Positions 29,027-38,432 of a stretch of 51,977 nucleotides of DNA are shown piece after piece. Positions within the stretch are counted from its first letter, which is position 1, and each line of letters starts with the position of its first letter. Position numbers and translations under genes: made by a program. The DNA is from Thermoplasmata archaeon. GTDB taxonomy: Archaea > Thermoplasmatota > Thermoplasmata > Lutacidiplasmatales > UBA184. The stretch spans positions 1 through 51,977 of the forward strand of contig JAKIWH010000002.1 of the NCBI GenBank assembly GCA_022750125.1, in the 5' to 3' direction. The notes under the pieces are model-generated. The model searched no databases, was not told the DNA's origin, and saw only the letters and a program-made list of their open reading frames with translations.

Positions 29027-29663
29027 GTTCGTCGCGTTCGACATGGACGGGACCCTCATCGACATCGAGAGCTCGTGGGCGGAGGTGCACCGGCACTTCG
29101 GGGACTCGAATCGGGAAGCGCTTGAGCTGTTCCTCGAGGACAAGATCGACGATATGGAGTTCATCCGCCGCGACGTACGGATCTGGTGGAAGCACGCCCC
29201 GCGGCTTTCCACGCAGGACGTGGACAGTATCCTTGCAAGCGTCCCGCTCATGCCCGGAGCCGAGCTTTTGTTCGCCGAGCTCCACGAACGGAAGATCCGC
29301 ACCGCGATCGTGAGCGGGGGGATCGACCTCCTCGCCGAGAGGGTGGGCCGGCGCCTCGGTGTCGACCGGGTCCTTGCGAACGGGCTCCTCGCGGGACCGG
29401 ATGGGCGGCTGACCGGCGAGGGCGTGGTCCGCGTCCCGATCAAGGACAAAGGCAGTGCGCTCGCCAGACTTCAGCAGGAATTTCGTTGCCCGCCGGCCGT
29501 GACGGCGAGCGTCGGCAACTCCGAGATCGACGTGGCGTTGTTCCGGCGGAGTCGGATCGGGGTCGCGTTCCTACCCGCGGACGACGCCGTCCGGGAAGGA
29601 GCGACGCACGTCGTCACCCGCCCCGACCTGACGGAGCTGCTGCCGATCCTGCTCGAGGGCTAA
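29016..29663 (+). CDS. HAD-superfamily phosphatase (SerB-like, subfamily IB)
   Basis: FDMDGTL, VSGG, K, GNSEID motifs. Confidence 0.88.
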   Translation: MAIEFVAFDMDGTLIDIESSWAEVHRHFGDSNREALELFLEDKIDDMEFIRRDVRIWWKHAPRLSTQDVDSILASVPLMPGAELLFAELHERKIRTAIVSGGIDLLAERVGRRLGVDRVLANGLLAGPDGRLTGEGVVRVPIKDKGSALARLQQEFRCPPAVTASVGNSEIDVALFRRSRIGVAFLPADDAVREGATHVVTRPDLTELLPILLEG

Positions 29664-29745
29664 GGGCGGTCCCGACCTCCTCTCCGTCGTCCGGCCCTCG
29701 GACGGACGGCTAGGCTTATCCTCGCGCCCACGCTCGTTCCGCTCG

Positions 29746-30363
29746 ATGGAAGGTTACTCCGCGCTGCTCAAGCGGGCCCGCGAGAAGCTCCCGGTGGTCC
29801 AGGTGAGCACCGACCGGTTCCAGGTCCCCGAACCGGACGTGATGGTTGACGGCAGGAACACCGTCATCCGCAACCTCCAGGAGATCGCGACCGTCCTACG
29901 CCGGGAGCCGGAGCACCTCATCGGGTACCTCGCCCGCGAGCTCGGCTGCCCGGGCGTGCTTGACCTCCCGCGGGGGGTCCTCAAGTCGAAGCTCCCGAAG
30001 GACGCGATCGCCCAGCGCGTCCGGGAGTACACCGAGAAGTACGTGATCTGCTCCGAGTGCAAGCGACCGGATACGCACCTCGTGAAGGAGGGGCGGTTCA
30101 CGCTCCTCGTGTGCGAGGCGTGCGGGGCCCAGCGGCCCGTGACGGTCCGCCGCGTCGTCACCTCCGAGAAGCCCCGCGCCATCGTCGTCGTGGGCGAGGT
30201 GTACCGGCTCACCATCGAGGATGTCGGCCGCAAGGGGGACGGCGTCGCGAAGAAGGAGGGTTTCGTCATCTTCGTCACCGGCGCGACCCAGCGGGGCAGC
30301 ACGGTGAACGCGAAGATCACCAAGGTGCTCGGGACGAACGCCTACGCGGTGATCCAGCCGTAG
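29746..30363 (+). CDS. Translation initiation factor aIF-2 beta with C-terminal TRAM domain
   Basis: RFQVP, YVICSECKRPDT, CEACGA zinc ribbon, then IEDVGRKGDGVAK..FVIFV (TRAM). Confidence 0.95.
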   Translation: MEGYSALLKRAREKLPVVQVSTDRFQVPEPDVMVDGRNTVIRNLQEIATVLRREPEHLIGYLARELGCPGVLDLPRGVLKSKLPKDAIAQRVREYTEKYVICSECKRPDTHLVKEGRFTLLVCEACGAQRPVTVRRVVTSEKPRAIVVVGEVYRLTIEDVGRKGDGVAKKEGFVIFVTGATQRGSTVNAKITKVLGTNAYAVIQP

Positions 30364-30369
30364 GCCGCG

Positions 30370-31338
30370 ATGCGCGGCGTCCGCTCCCTGGGTCTCGTCG
30401 GCCTGTACGTGGCGAGCCAGGTCGCGGCGCTCCTCCTCGCGCTCCCCTTCCGGTCGGAGGGGCTCGCCACCACCTCGAACCCGAACTCCCCGACGGCGCC
30501 GCTCTACCTGATCGCCGTCATCGTCATCGCCCCACTGTTCATCCTCTTCTTCGCCAAGCTGAACGGCGGGCTCGCGGCGATCCGCTGGGTGATCCTCCTC
30601 GGGATCAGCTTCTCGCTCCTGTTCACCCTCACCGCCGCCTTCTCCCTGCTCCTGCCCCAGGTCTACCTCCTCCCGCCGCAGGAGGTGGGCACCTTCGTCT
30701 CCCCCGCAACGGTGCTCGCGACCGCGAGCGCCGTGCTGCTCCTCGCGGCGCTGCTCCTCGAGCCGCAGTGGTGGGTCGTCGACTTCGTGGGGTTCGTGGC
30801 CGCCGGCTCGCTCATCGCGCTGTTCGGGATCTCCTTCTCGATCCTCCCCGCGGTCATTCTCCTCGTCGCCCTCGCCGTCTACGACGCGGTCGCCGTCTAC
30901 GGCACGAAGCACATGATCTCCCTCGCCGACGCCGTGACCGAGATGAAGCTCCCCATCCTGCTCGTGATGCCGGCGGGCCCGGGGTTCGACTACACCCAAC
31001 CGGGCGGGCTCAAGAAGCAGCGCGCGCGACCGGTCGAGGAGCGGGAGGCGCTCTTCATGGGCCTCGGGGATGTCGTCTTCCCGGGCATCCTCGTCGTGGC
31101 GGCGTACGTTTGGCTGCCCTCCAAGGCCGTGCTGGGCGCGGTGGGCGGCAATCTCGTCGTGGCGATCGGGGCGCTCCTCGGCTCGCTCGTGGGGTACGCG
31201 TTCCTGATGCACCTCGTGGGTGGCGGCAACCCCCAGGCGGGCCTGCCGCTCCTCAACGGGGGGGCGCTCGCCGGCTATTTCCTCACCTTCCTCCTCGTGT
31301 TCCACACCTTCGGCTTCGGCCTCAACCTGGCGCTCTAG
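30370..31338 (+). CDS. Presenilin-family intramembrane aspartyl protease (PSH)
   Basis: About 9 TM with YD and GLGD catalytic aspartates and an AGLP motif. Confidence 0.92.
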   Translation: MRGVRSLGLVGLYVASQVAALLLALPFRSEGLATTSNPNSPTAPLYLIAVIVIAPLFILFFAKLNGGLAAIRWVILLGISFSLLFTLTAAFSLLLPQVYLLPPQEVGTFVSPATVLATASAVLLLAALLLEPQWWVVDFVGFVAAGSLIALFGISFSILPAVILLVALAVYDAVAVYGTKHMISLADAVTEMKLPILLVMPAGPGFDYTQPGGLKKQRARPVEEREALFMGLGDVVFPGILVVAAYVWLPSKAVLGAVGGNLVVAIGALLGSLVGYAFLMHLVGGGNPQAGLPLLNGGALAGYFLTFLLVFHTFGFGLNLAL

Positions 31339-31345
31339 AGGACCC

Positions 31346-32287
31346 GTGCCGCGGAAGGTCGAGGATTTCCGAGTCGGGGACGCCCCGAGCCTCGACACGC
31401 TCGTGCGACGCATGGAGGCCGCGGGCGGGTTCAGCTCGCAGCAGCTCGTCCGGGGCGTCGACCTGCTCGCCACGATGTTCGCCGACGAGGAGCTCACCCT
31501 CTTCCTCTCCTTCCCCGCGGACATCGTCGCCACCGGAACCCGTGGCCTCCTACGGGAGCTCATCGCGGACGGCTACGTCGATGGAGTGATCACCACCTGC
31601 GGAACGCTCGACCATGACCTCGCCCGCGCGGAGCGCCCGTACCTGCACGGGGAGTGGGACCTCGACGACGCGAAACTCCGGAGGCAGGGGAGCTACCGAC
31701 TCGGGAACCTCGTGATCCCCGAGTCGAGCTACGGCCCGGTCGTCGAGCGGAGACTCTCGCGGCTGCTCCGACGACGATGGAAGGCGGGGCAACGTTCGGT
31801 CTCCGCGCGCGAACTCGTCTGGGAGCTCGGTGCGGAGATGGAGGGGGCGCGGGGCAAGGGCAGCCTCTGCCGCGCGGCGTTCGAGCGGAAGGTGCCGTTC
31901 ATCGTTCCGGGCCTCCTCGACGGCGCGGTCGGCTCGCAGCTCTGGATGTTCTGGCAGCAGGAGAAGGGATTCCAGCTCGATCTCTTCTCGGACGAGCAGG
32001 CGCTCTCCGACCTCGTCTTCGGGGCCACGCGCGCGGGGGCCCTCATGCTCGGGGGGGGCATCTCGAAACACCACACGATCTGGTGGAACCAGTTCCGAGG
32101 GGGGCTCGACGCGGCCGTCTACGTGACGACGGCGGTGGAGTGGGACGGCAGCCTCTCGGGGGCCCGGACACGGGAAGCGATCAGCTGGGGGAAACTCAAA
32201 CCGGGAGCCCGCCACGTGACCGTCGAGGGAGATGTGACCGTCGTCCTCCCGCTCCTTGTGGGGGCCGCCCTCGAGCGAATCCGCTGA
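31346..32287 (+). CDS. Deoxyhypusine synthase
   Basis: TGTRG, TTCGTLDHD, DGAVG, GGGISKHH, DGSLSGA..EAISWGK with the active-site Lys. Start is GTG 31346. Confidence 0.95.
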   Translation: MPRKVEDFRVGDAPSLDTLVRRMEAAGGFSSQQLVRGVDLLATMFADEELTLFLSFPADIVATGTRGLLRELIADGYVDGVITTCGTLDHDLARAERPYLHGEWDLDDAKLRRQGSYRLGNLVIPESSYGPVVERRLSRLLRRRWKAGQRSVSARELVWELGAEMEGARGKGSLCRAAFERKVPFIVPGLLDGAVGSQLWMFWQQEKGFQLDLFSDEQALSDLVFGATRAGALMLGGGISKHHTIWWNQFRGGLDAAVYVTTAVEWDGSLSGARTREAISWGKLKPGARHVTVEGDVTVVLPLLVGAALERIR

Positions 32288-32394
32288 GGAGGAGGCGGAC
32301 TCGGGCACCCCGGTACGGGTTCCCGTTGGCCGAGCCAAGGCCGTCCGAGGAGAGGTTATGAACCGTCACCGGCGTCGCCGCGCGGTCGCGCCGT

Positions 32395-32468
32395 GGGCCC
32401 GTAGCTCAGCCCGGTAGAGCAGGCGGCTCTTAACCGCAAGATCGGGGGTTCGAATCCCCTCGGGCCCG
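32395..32468 (+). tRNA. tRNA-Lys(CTT)
   Basis: GGGCCCG/CGGGCCC acceptor stem, TAGCTCAG D arm, GCGG-CT-CTT-AA-CCGC anticodon arm, GGTTCGAATCC T loop; no encoded CCA. Confidence 0.96.
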
Positions 32469-32602
32469 TACCACGTTCGCTCCGGTAGCCGCTCCGGAGC
32501 CTTCCCCCGGCGCGAGGGAGGGACCTTGCCGGGGCGCGGGAGGGTCGACCCAGTCTCCTTCGTGGAAGTAGGAGGGTGGGGGGTACCGACCGCAGCCGCG
32601 CT

Positions 32603-35600
32603 TCACTCGGGGCCGCTTCGACCAGCGTCGCCGCCACCGCCCGGTACAGGGTGGGTCGACCCGCGCGGACCCGCCCCCCTCCCCGGAGGAGCCCCGTCGG
32701 ATCGTCGCGGCGGCCTCGAAGCTCCCGGCGGCGCGCGCCCCACGGATCGCTCCCGGGCCGGGACTCGGTTTCCCGGCCCCTTCCGCGTGGCCCACCGCCT
32801 CCAGCCCAGGTACGTCGCGGCCCCCAGGATCGCGACCCCGGCGAGAAGCACCCACGCCGGCACCGGTCCGATCGGACGTTCCAGCAGCGGGGCCGAGGAG
32901 CCCTGCCCGGGGAGACGAACGACCCACCTCGCGGCCGCGCTTGCGGTATCCCCGATCGAATCGGTCACGACGACGGCCACGACATGCGGTCCGGTGCTCG
33001 CGGGGCGGAGGACGTACTCGGAGCCGGTCCAGTTGCTCACCACCCCATCCACCGCCCAGCGATACGAGACTCCCGGCGCCCCGCCCGCGACCGTGGTCAG
33101 CGCCTCTACCGGTTGACCCACCAAAGGCTGCGTGGCGTTGAGCCCGAGGCTCACGGAAAGCGGGGCGTAGGCCTCGACCGCGATCGTCGATGTCGCCGTG
33201 ATCCCTCTCGAATCGACGACCGCGAGGCGCACGGTGTAGTTCCCGGCTACGTCGTACGGATGGGAAACGCTCACCCCCGGCTCCGTCGAGCTCGCGTCGC
33301 CGTAGCTCCAAAGGTAGGAGTACGGCGGTAGCCCGCCCGAGGCCACCGCGGTGAAGCTGGGGGAGAAAGGTATGGTCCCGGAGGTCCGATTCGACAGGAT
33401 CCCCGAGCTCAATGGCCCGAAGTCCGCGGTTACCTCGAGCGACGCGGTCGTCCGGTTTCCTACCCGGTCCGTCACCGTCAGATTGACCTCGTACCGTCCC
33501 GGGCTCAGGAACTCGTGCGTCGGGCTGGAGCTCGTCGACGTGCTCCCGTCCCCGAACGACCAAGCGAACCCGTACGGCGGCGCGCCCCCGTGTCCGTGGC
33601 CGGTGAATCGGGTGGTCAACGGCGCCGTGCCGTTCGGCGGGTCGACGCTCGCACTCCCGCTGAGGGGTCCCGGCGGAGAGAAGTCGAACATCTCGCGCAT
33701 CGCCCCGTGGGTGGGGAAGGAGTCGTTCTGGCCGGCCGCGCCCACCGGGAGCCCGAGCAGCCATTCGACGGTGGCGAGCAGGTCGTAGGGCGAGGTCGGA
33801 GGCGGGTAGTCGCCCCGACCGTACGAGTAGGGGGAGACGGTCGCGAGCAGGACCCCGCCGCCCAGCGACCCCCCGGCGCCGGCGTCCGTCGCCCCCTCGT
33901 CGTACGTGATGAACCAGACCGACTGCCCGAACCAGCTCGCGTTGAGGTACGGGGAGAGCCAGCTCTCGAGCCAGCCGTCCGAGGCGGCCACGCCCGTGTC
34001 GTGGCCGCCGTCCCGCAGGTCGGGGACGAACAGCCCGAAGTTCGGGATGCTCCCGGAGGCGACGTCCTGATCCCACGCGGCGAAGGAGCGGTCGTGCGCA
34101 GCGCAGAGGGAGGCGTTCGAGGTGATGCTCGGGAAGTAGAGGAACGCGTTGTGAGCTGCCGTGTAGGGGTACGAGTCGGACGCGTCGCAGGCGGACGGCA
34201 TCGACTCGAAGTACCCCTGCCAGTCCAGGCCGGCCGTATCGAGGAGCCCCCCGATACCTTGGACCGGGACGGGATTCACCGCGGAGCTGCCGCATTGCTG
34301 CCAGATCCCGCCGGAGGTGAGGGCGACGTATCCGGCCTCCGAGGGGTGGCACGGCGCGGAATAGTTCGAAGCCTCGGCGTACGTCGAGGCGAGCTCGCGT
34401 TGGAACGGTCCGCTCGAGAGCACCTGGGATCGCTCGGCGGATTGCATCATGACGACGAACACATGCTGGATCGGCGTCGGGAAGCCGTAGCCGGGCGTCG
34501 GTCGGCTCGGGGCGGTCCAATAGGCGGCGAGGCTCCCCCCCGAGCTCACGAACACGGGGGTCGTGGGCGAGCGGGGTTGGGCGGCGGAAACGCCGCCGCC
34601 GGTGACCCAGCCCCCAAAGATCAACCCCGGGCACGATCCGGCCGTGACGTTGAACGATTGGAGGGAGGGAGTGACGGTCAGGTTCTGGCCGGACTGGACC
34701 TGAGTGCCGTTGAAGAGGACGGGAGCGCAGGTCCCGGGCTCCTGCAGGACCTGGACCTGTACGCTCGACGCATACGTCGCGTGGAAGAGGAGGAGCTTCA
34801 CGAGCGCGTTGCAGCGGTCGTGGACGTGGAAGATGTAGCCGCCGGGCCCGAGCCGGTGCTGGCGGTTCCAGATCGGGACGGAGGCGGGGAACGGGGTGCC
34901 GTTGCCGGGCGGCGTCGGTTCGCGGGTCGACTGGAACTCCGAGCCGTTCGGGAACTCCGCCACGACGCGGAAGGAGGTGTTGGAGATCGCGCCGGTGAGG
35001 TAGTCGGTCAGCATCGCACCGATGGGCACCACGAGGCCCGAATCGCCGGCCGTCCCGACGTAGGGCGCGGGATAGAAGATGCTCGGGAGGAGCGGGGATG
35101 TCGCGCTCGCGCTCGGGACGCTCCAGCCGGAGCGGATCGCGGTCCCGTTCGGGAGAAGGGTCGTCCAGTTCCAACGGAACTGGAGCGTCAGGTTCCCATA
35201 CTCCGCCGTCGCCATGATCGCCACGAGCCCGGAGTTCAGTACCGCGTTCGCGATCGTGTTGAACGTGAGGTTCTGGCTGGCGACCGTCGATTGGCTCGCC
35301 CACGCCGGGTCCGACCAGCCGGTCGTGGGGATCGTCGTGCTGCGTGCGGTCATCACGAGCTGAAGATGGCTCCCCGTCGACAGCGGGAACGACGCCGTCA
35401 CCTGCGGGAAGTAGACCACGCTCGCGGACGCCGGTGTCGCGGGGCTCACGACTGCGAACTCGTAGACCACACCGATCGTCGTCCCCTGCGGAAGCACCTC
35501 GCTGGGAGGCGGGAGCCCGATCTCGAGGGCGGAGGGAAACTGGCTGCCGACGGAGTTGCAGACCGGCGCCGTGGCAGGGTTAGCGACGGCGTGAAGGTCT

Positions 35601-35854
35601 CCGTCGGGTCCGGGGCTCGAGCCGGTGGAACGCGATATCGAGGGAGCGCCGGGGAGGAGGAGGATCGCGAGCGACACGGCGATCATGGCGACCCGGGGCG
35701 GCCGCCGGCCGGCTTCGCGGCGCCTTCGCGACTCCCGGGTGCTAAGGGCCCGCCACGGCTCGTCCGCGAGGCGGTAGCAACAGCGGCCAAGCCGACCGTC
35801 GACCGGGATGGGCGATGCCCCGTCGGGGTCCGACAGTGCATGGGAGGTGACCAT
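32603..35854 (-). CDS. Large surface protein: unknown N-terminal beta domains + phosphoesterase (AcpA/phospholipase C-like) domain + PKD repeats + TM anchor
   Basis: Hydrophobic leader; IQHVFVVMM, HPS, HNAF, GHD and ITYDE motifs; WSFGDG and WSYGD PKD repeats; C-terminal TM. Start uncertain (ATG 35854 with GGAG SD, or ATG 35686). Confidence 0.8.
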   Translation of the reverse strand: MVTSHALSDPDGASPIPVDGRLGRCCYRLADEPWRALSTRESRRRREAGRRPPRVAMIAVSLAILLLPGAPSISRSTGSSPGPDGDLHAVANPATAPVCNSVGSQFPSALEIGLPPPSEVLPQGTTIGVVYEFAVVSPATPASASVVYFPQVTASFPLSTGSHLQLVMTARSTTIPTTGWSDPAWASQSTVASQNLTFNTIANAVLNSGLVAIMATAEYGNLTLQFRWNWTTLLPNGTAIRSGWSVPSASATSPLLPSIFYPAPYVGTAGDSGLVVPIGAMLTDYLTGAISNTSFRVVAEFPNGSEFQSTREPTPPGNGTPFPASVPIWNRQHRLGPGGYIFHVHDRCNALVKLLLFHATYASSVQVQVLQEPGTCAPVLFNGTQVQSGQNLTVTPSLQSFNVTAGSCPGLIFGGWVTGGGVSAAQPRSPTTPVFVSSGGSLAAYWTAPSRPTPGYGFPTPIQHVFVVMMQSAERSQVLSSGPFQRELASTYAEASNYSAPCHPSEAGYVALTSGGIWQQCGSSAVNPVPVQGIGGLLDTAGLDWQGYFESMPSACDASDSYPYTAAHNAFLYFPSITSNASLCAAHDRSFAAWDQDVASGSIPNFGLFVPDLRDGGHDTGVAASDGWLESWLSPYLNASWFGQSVWFITYDEGATDAGAGGSLGGGVLLATVSPYSYGRGDYPPPTSPYDLLATVEWLLGLPVGAAGQNDSFPTHGAMREMFDFSPPGPLSGSASVDPPNGTAPLTTRFTGHGHGGAPPYGFAWSFGDGSTSTSSSPTHEFLSPGRYEVNLTVTDRVGNRTTASLEVTADFGPLSSGILSNRTSGTIPFSPSFTAVASGGLPPYSYLWSYGDASSTEPGVSVSHPYDVAGNYTVRLAVVDSRGITATSTIAVEAYAPLSVSLGLNATQPLVGQPVEALTTVAGGAPGVSYRWAVDGVVSNWTGSEYVLRPASTGPHVVAVVVTDSIGDTASAAARWVVRLPGQGSSAPLLERPIGPVPAWVLLAGVAILGAATYLGWRRWATRKGPGNRVPARERSVGRAPPGASRPPRRSDGAPPGRGAGPRGSTHPVPGGGGDAGRSGPE

Positions 35855-36105
35855 CAGGGTCTCCAAAGGTTCCAGCAGGACGGCGTTCTTGGTCGTCCGG
35901 TTTACGAGGTAAGCGGATGGGTATCCACCCGACCCGCCGTTGCCCCGCTGGCTCGGCCGGCCGGGGCACGCAGGCCCGAACTCAGGAGGCGTGCTCCTCC
36001 GACGGTGGAGGAGTGCGAGGCGTGCCCCCGGACCGATATCCGACTGGTAAGGGCCTCGTCGGCCCTCTTTTCCGCTCGCCCGGCCACACCTTCCGAGTCC
36101 ACGAT

Positions 36106-36834
36106 ATGAGCCAGTCGGTCGTCGCCGCCCTCCGCATTCGCCCGACCCACGTGCTCCTGAAGAGCCGCGACCCGGAGCTCGCGAATCGGCTCGGCCTGGC
36201 GCTGATCCGGGCCTCGAGCCCCGCCGCGGTCGTGCTCGATATACGTCCCGCCGGGACCGTGACGCCGCCGGACGCCCTCTCGTGGAGATCGCTGATCCCG
36301 CGGGAGCGTCACTTCCTCTGCACCGCACCCTCCCACCAGGAGGTGGCGACCGGAGGAGCGGCTTCCGCCTCGTGGCCGATCGCGCGGATCGATGCCCCGG
36401 ATCGAGCCATCTCAGACCTGGTGAGCTTCCTGATCACCCCCGAGGCCGCGGTCCACGCGATCCGGGGCCACCTTCCGCCGGACCGACCGCTCCCCATCCT
36501 GATCGCGGACGGGTGGAGGGCCGAGAAGTTGTTCCCGGACGACCCGACGACCACCGGCCACGTGCTCCGGGTGCAGAAGGAGATGCGGCTATCGATCGTG
36601 ATGGCCAGCGACGCGACCAACCGGGACGATTCGAGCGTCTTCGACTTCGTCTTCGATGTGCTCCCGATGAGCGCCGAGGGGCCCGGCGTCCGACTCCGAT
36701 GTCGGCGCTCCGCGCCCGGGGAGTCGATCCGGCCGGGGGACGAGCTCAGTGTCCGGGAGTTCGTCGACGCCGCCCCAGCGTCCGCCGAATCCGAACCGGC
36801 CCTCGCCACCCTGTTGGCCCCGCTGGGAGTCTAG
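36106..36834 (+). CDS. Hypothetical protein, possibly a degenerate RecA/KaiC-like fold
   Basis: Host-like codon usage from ATG 36106; hhhhD strands (VVLDI, ILIAD, FDFVFDV); no intact Walker A. Confidence 0.6.
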   Translation: MSQSVVAALRIRPTHVLLKSRDPELANRLGLALIRASSPAAVVLDIRPAGTVTPPDALSWRSLIPRERHFLCTAPSHQEVATGGAASASWPIARIDAPDRAISDLVSFLITPEAAVHAIRGHLPPDRPLPILIADGWRAEKLFPDDPTTTGHVLRVQKEMRLSIVMASDATNRDDSSVFDFVFDVLPMSAEGPGVRLRCRRSAPGESIRPGDELSVREFVDAAPASAESEPALATLLAPLGV

Positions 36835-36845
36835 TCCCCGGCGCG

Positions 36846-38102
36846 CTACGAGCGTCCGCTCAGCGGTGCCAGGCCACTGGGGCGAGGCGCGCCGGCGACG
36901 AGTTGGATCGCCTCCGTCAGCACCGGACCGGGAGGAACATCGTTGAAGAGCCTGGCCGTGCCCCGCAGCATCGACAACACCTCCGGTCGGAGGAGGTTGG
37001 GTGGTAGGGGCTCGTGGTCCCGGAGGGCCGACCGTATCCGGCGCTGGGAGATCGGTTCCCGGAAGCTGTCGGGGTGGGGACAACTTCTCGGGGAACCGGT
37101 ACCCTCGCACTTCCGGCAGTACCACGACTCGGCGTACCGGAGGGGGATCACCCCGACCGGCAGCTCGTCGAAGATCCTCTGGCTCGCGTACGGGTCGTAG
37201 AACCCACCCGCGCCGGCCTGATCGCGACCGAGGACGTAGTGGCTGCACCCGAAGTTCTTGCGAACGATGGCGAGGAACAGCGCGGCCCTCGGGCCGGCGT
37301 ACCGCATCCCGATGGAGAGGGTGGCGAGGAGAACGCGTTCCGGAGGAAGGTAGTGCTGGATGAGGAGGTCGTGGGCGCGCACGACGACCTCGGGGAGGTA
37401 GTCGCCGGGCTTCAGGCGACCGATGACGGGATGGATCAGGAGTCCGTCGATCTCCTCCCGCTCCAGGGTAAGCCGCTCGAGGTGCTCGTGGGCGCGGTGG
37501 GGAACGTTCCGGGTCTGGTAGGCAGCGACGTTCGACCATTGGCGCTGGGCGAACGCCCGCCGCATCTCGAGGGGCGTGAGCTCCCGGTCGGGAGCGATCG
37601 ACTCCGCGCGAGCGACAAGATCGATCGGGCCGGAAAGGGCGATCTCGCCGGTCGCGAGGAGATCCGCGACGTTCGGGTGGGCGGTGCTCGTGGTCCCGTA
37701 CACCCGCTGCGCGACGAACGGTTTGTCGAAGGCGAACCGCTCCTCAAGATGGAGGACCGCGATGAGACGGCCGCGCGAGTCGAGGAGCGCGATCTCATCC
37801 CCCGGGCGGACTCCGTCGATCACGCTCCGGTTCCTGCGCCCCGGGGGGGTCAACACGACCGGGACCGTCCAGGGGACGGAGTTCGGTAGGCGCGAATCCC
37901 GGCACACGGATTCGAGGCTGGCCCGGCTCATGAACCCCTCGAGAGGGCTGTACGCTCCGACGCCGATCTTGTCGGCGTCCAGGATCTGCTCGAGCTCGAC
38001 GTGGAGTCGGGGGAGCAGCTCCGCCTCCTCGATGCGACGCTCGGCAACTCTGTACCCGACGCGGCGGTCGATGAGGCGACCTCCGTGGGGAGGCGGGATC
38101 AT
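36846..38102 (-). CDS. sat: Sulfate adenylyltransferase (ATP sulfurylase), divergent
   Basis: PHGGRL, GAYSPLEGFM, HPNV, QTRNVPHRAHE, MRYAGP, RKNFGCSH, GRD, CxxC..CPH. Confidence 0.92.
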   Translation of the reverse strand: MIPPPHGGRLIDRRVGYRVAERRIEEAELLPRLHVELEQILDADKIGVGAYSPLEGFMSRASLESVCRDSRLPNSVPWTVPVVLTPPGRRNRSVIDGVRPGDEIALLDSRGRLIAVLHLEERFAFDKPFVAQRVYGTTSTAHPNVADLLATGEIALSGPIDLVARAESIAPDRELTPLEMRRAFAQRQWSNVAAYQTRNVPHRAHEHLERLTLEREEIDGLLIHPVIGRLKPGDYLPEVVVRAHDLLIQHYLPPERVLLATLSIGMRYAGPRAALFLAIVRKNFGCSHYVLGRDQAGAGGFYDPYASQRIFDELPVGVIPLRYAESWYCRKCEGTGSPRSCPHPDSFREPISQRRIRSALRDHEPLPPNLLRPEVLSMLRGTARLFNDVPPGPVLTEAIQLVAGAPRPSGLAPLSGRS

Positions 38103-38432
38103 GGGGTCCCTCGGGGCTGGGGGTGGCCTCTCGCTGTCGGACGGGCGGACCTACGGGGCGGGCCGGGCCCAGAGCATGCCCGCGGACCTTCGCGGCGGAT
38201 TCGGAAGCAGACCAGTGGAGGAGACCGGCCCCTGGGTCGGTTCGCGCGGGCCAGTACGGCCGAGCAATCGGCTACGGGACGGAGCGGAGCCGTCTTCGGG
38301 TGCGCCGGTTCCCGGCTCGTCCGTGACACAATCGTTCGCAGGTGGACGGGGGATAAGCCCGCTTCGTGTTCAGGGGCATAGCTCCTGCGGCGGCGGGAAG
38401 GAAGGGGTATCGGTCGAGGGCAATGCGGAGCT

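Noticed and set aside
29746..30363. aIF-2 beta-TRAM fusion as a novelty
   Set aside because: Known architecture in Thermoplasmata and some methanogens.
25296..35303. Very long alternative-frame and antisense ORFs (e.g. 25296..28151, 25748..28069, 32430..35303)
   Set aside because: Stop-poor shadows of real high-GC3 genes; Arg/Gly/Pro-rich with no motifs.
38099..38329. Cys-containing upstream ORF coupled to sat as a sulfur-sensing leader peptide
   Set aside because: Arg/Pro-rich composition typical of GC-rich shadow ORFs; an ATGA overlap arises easily by chance.
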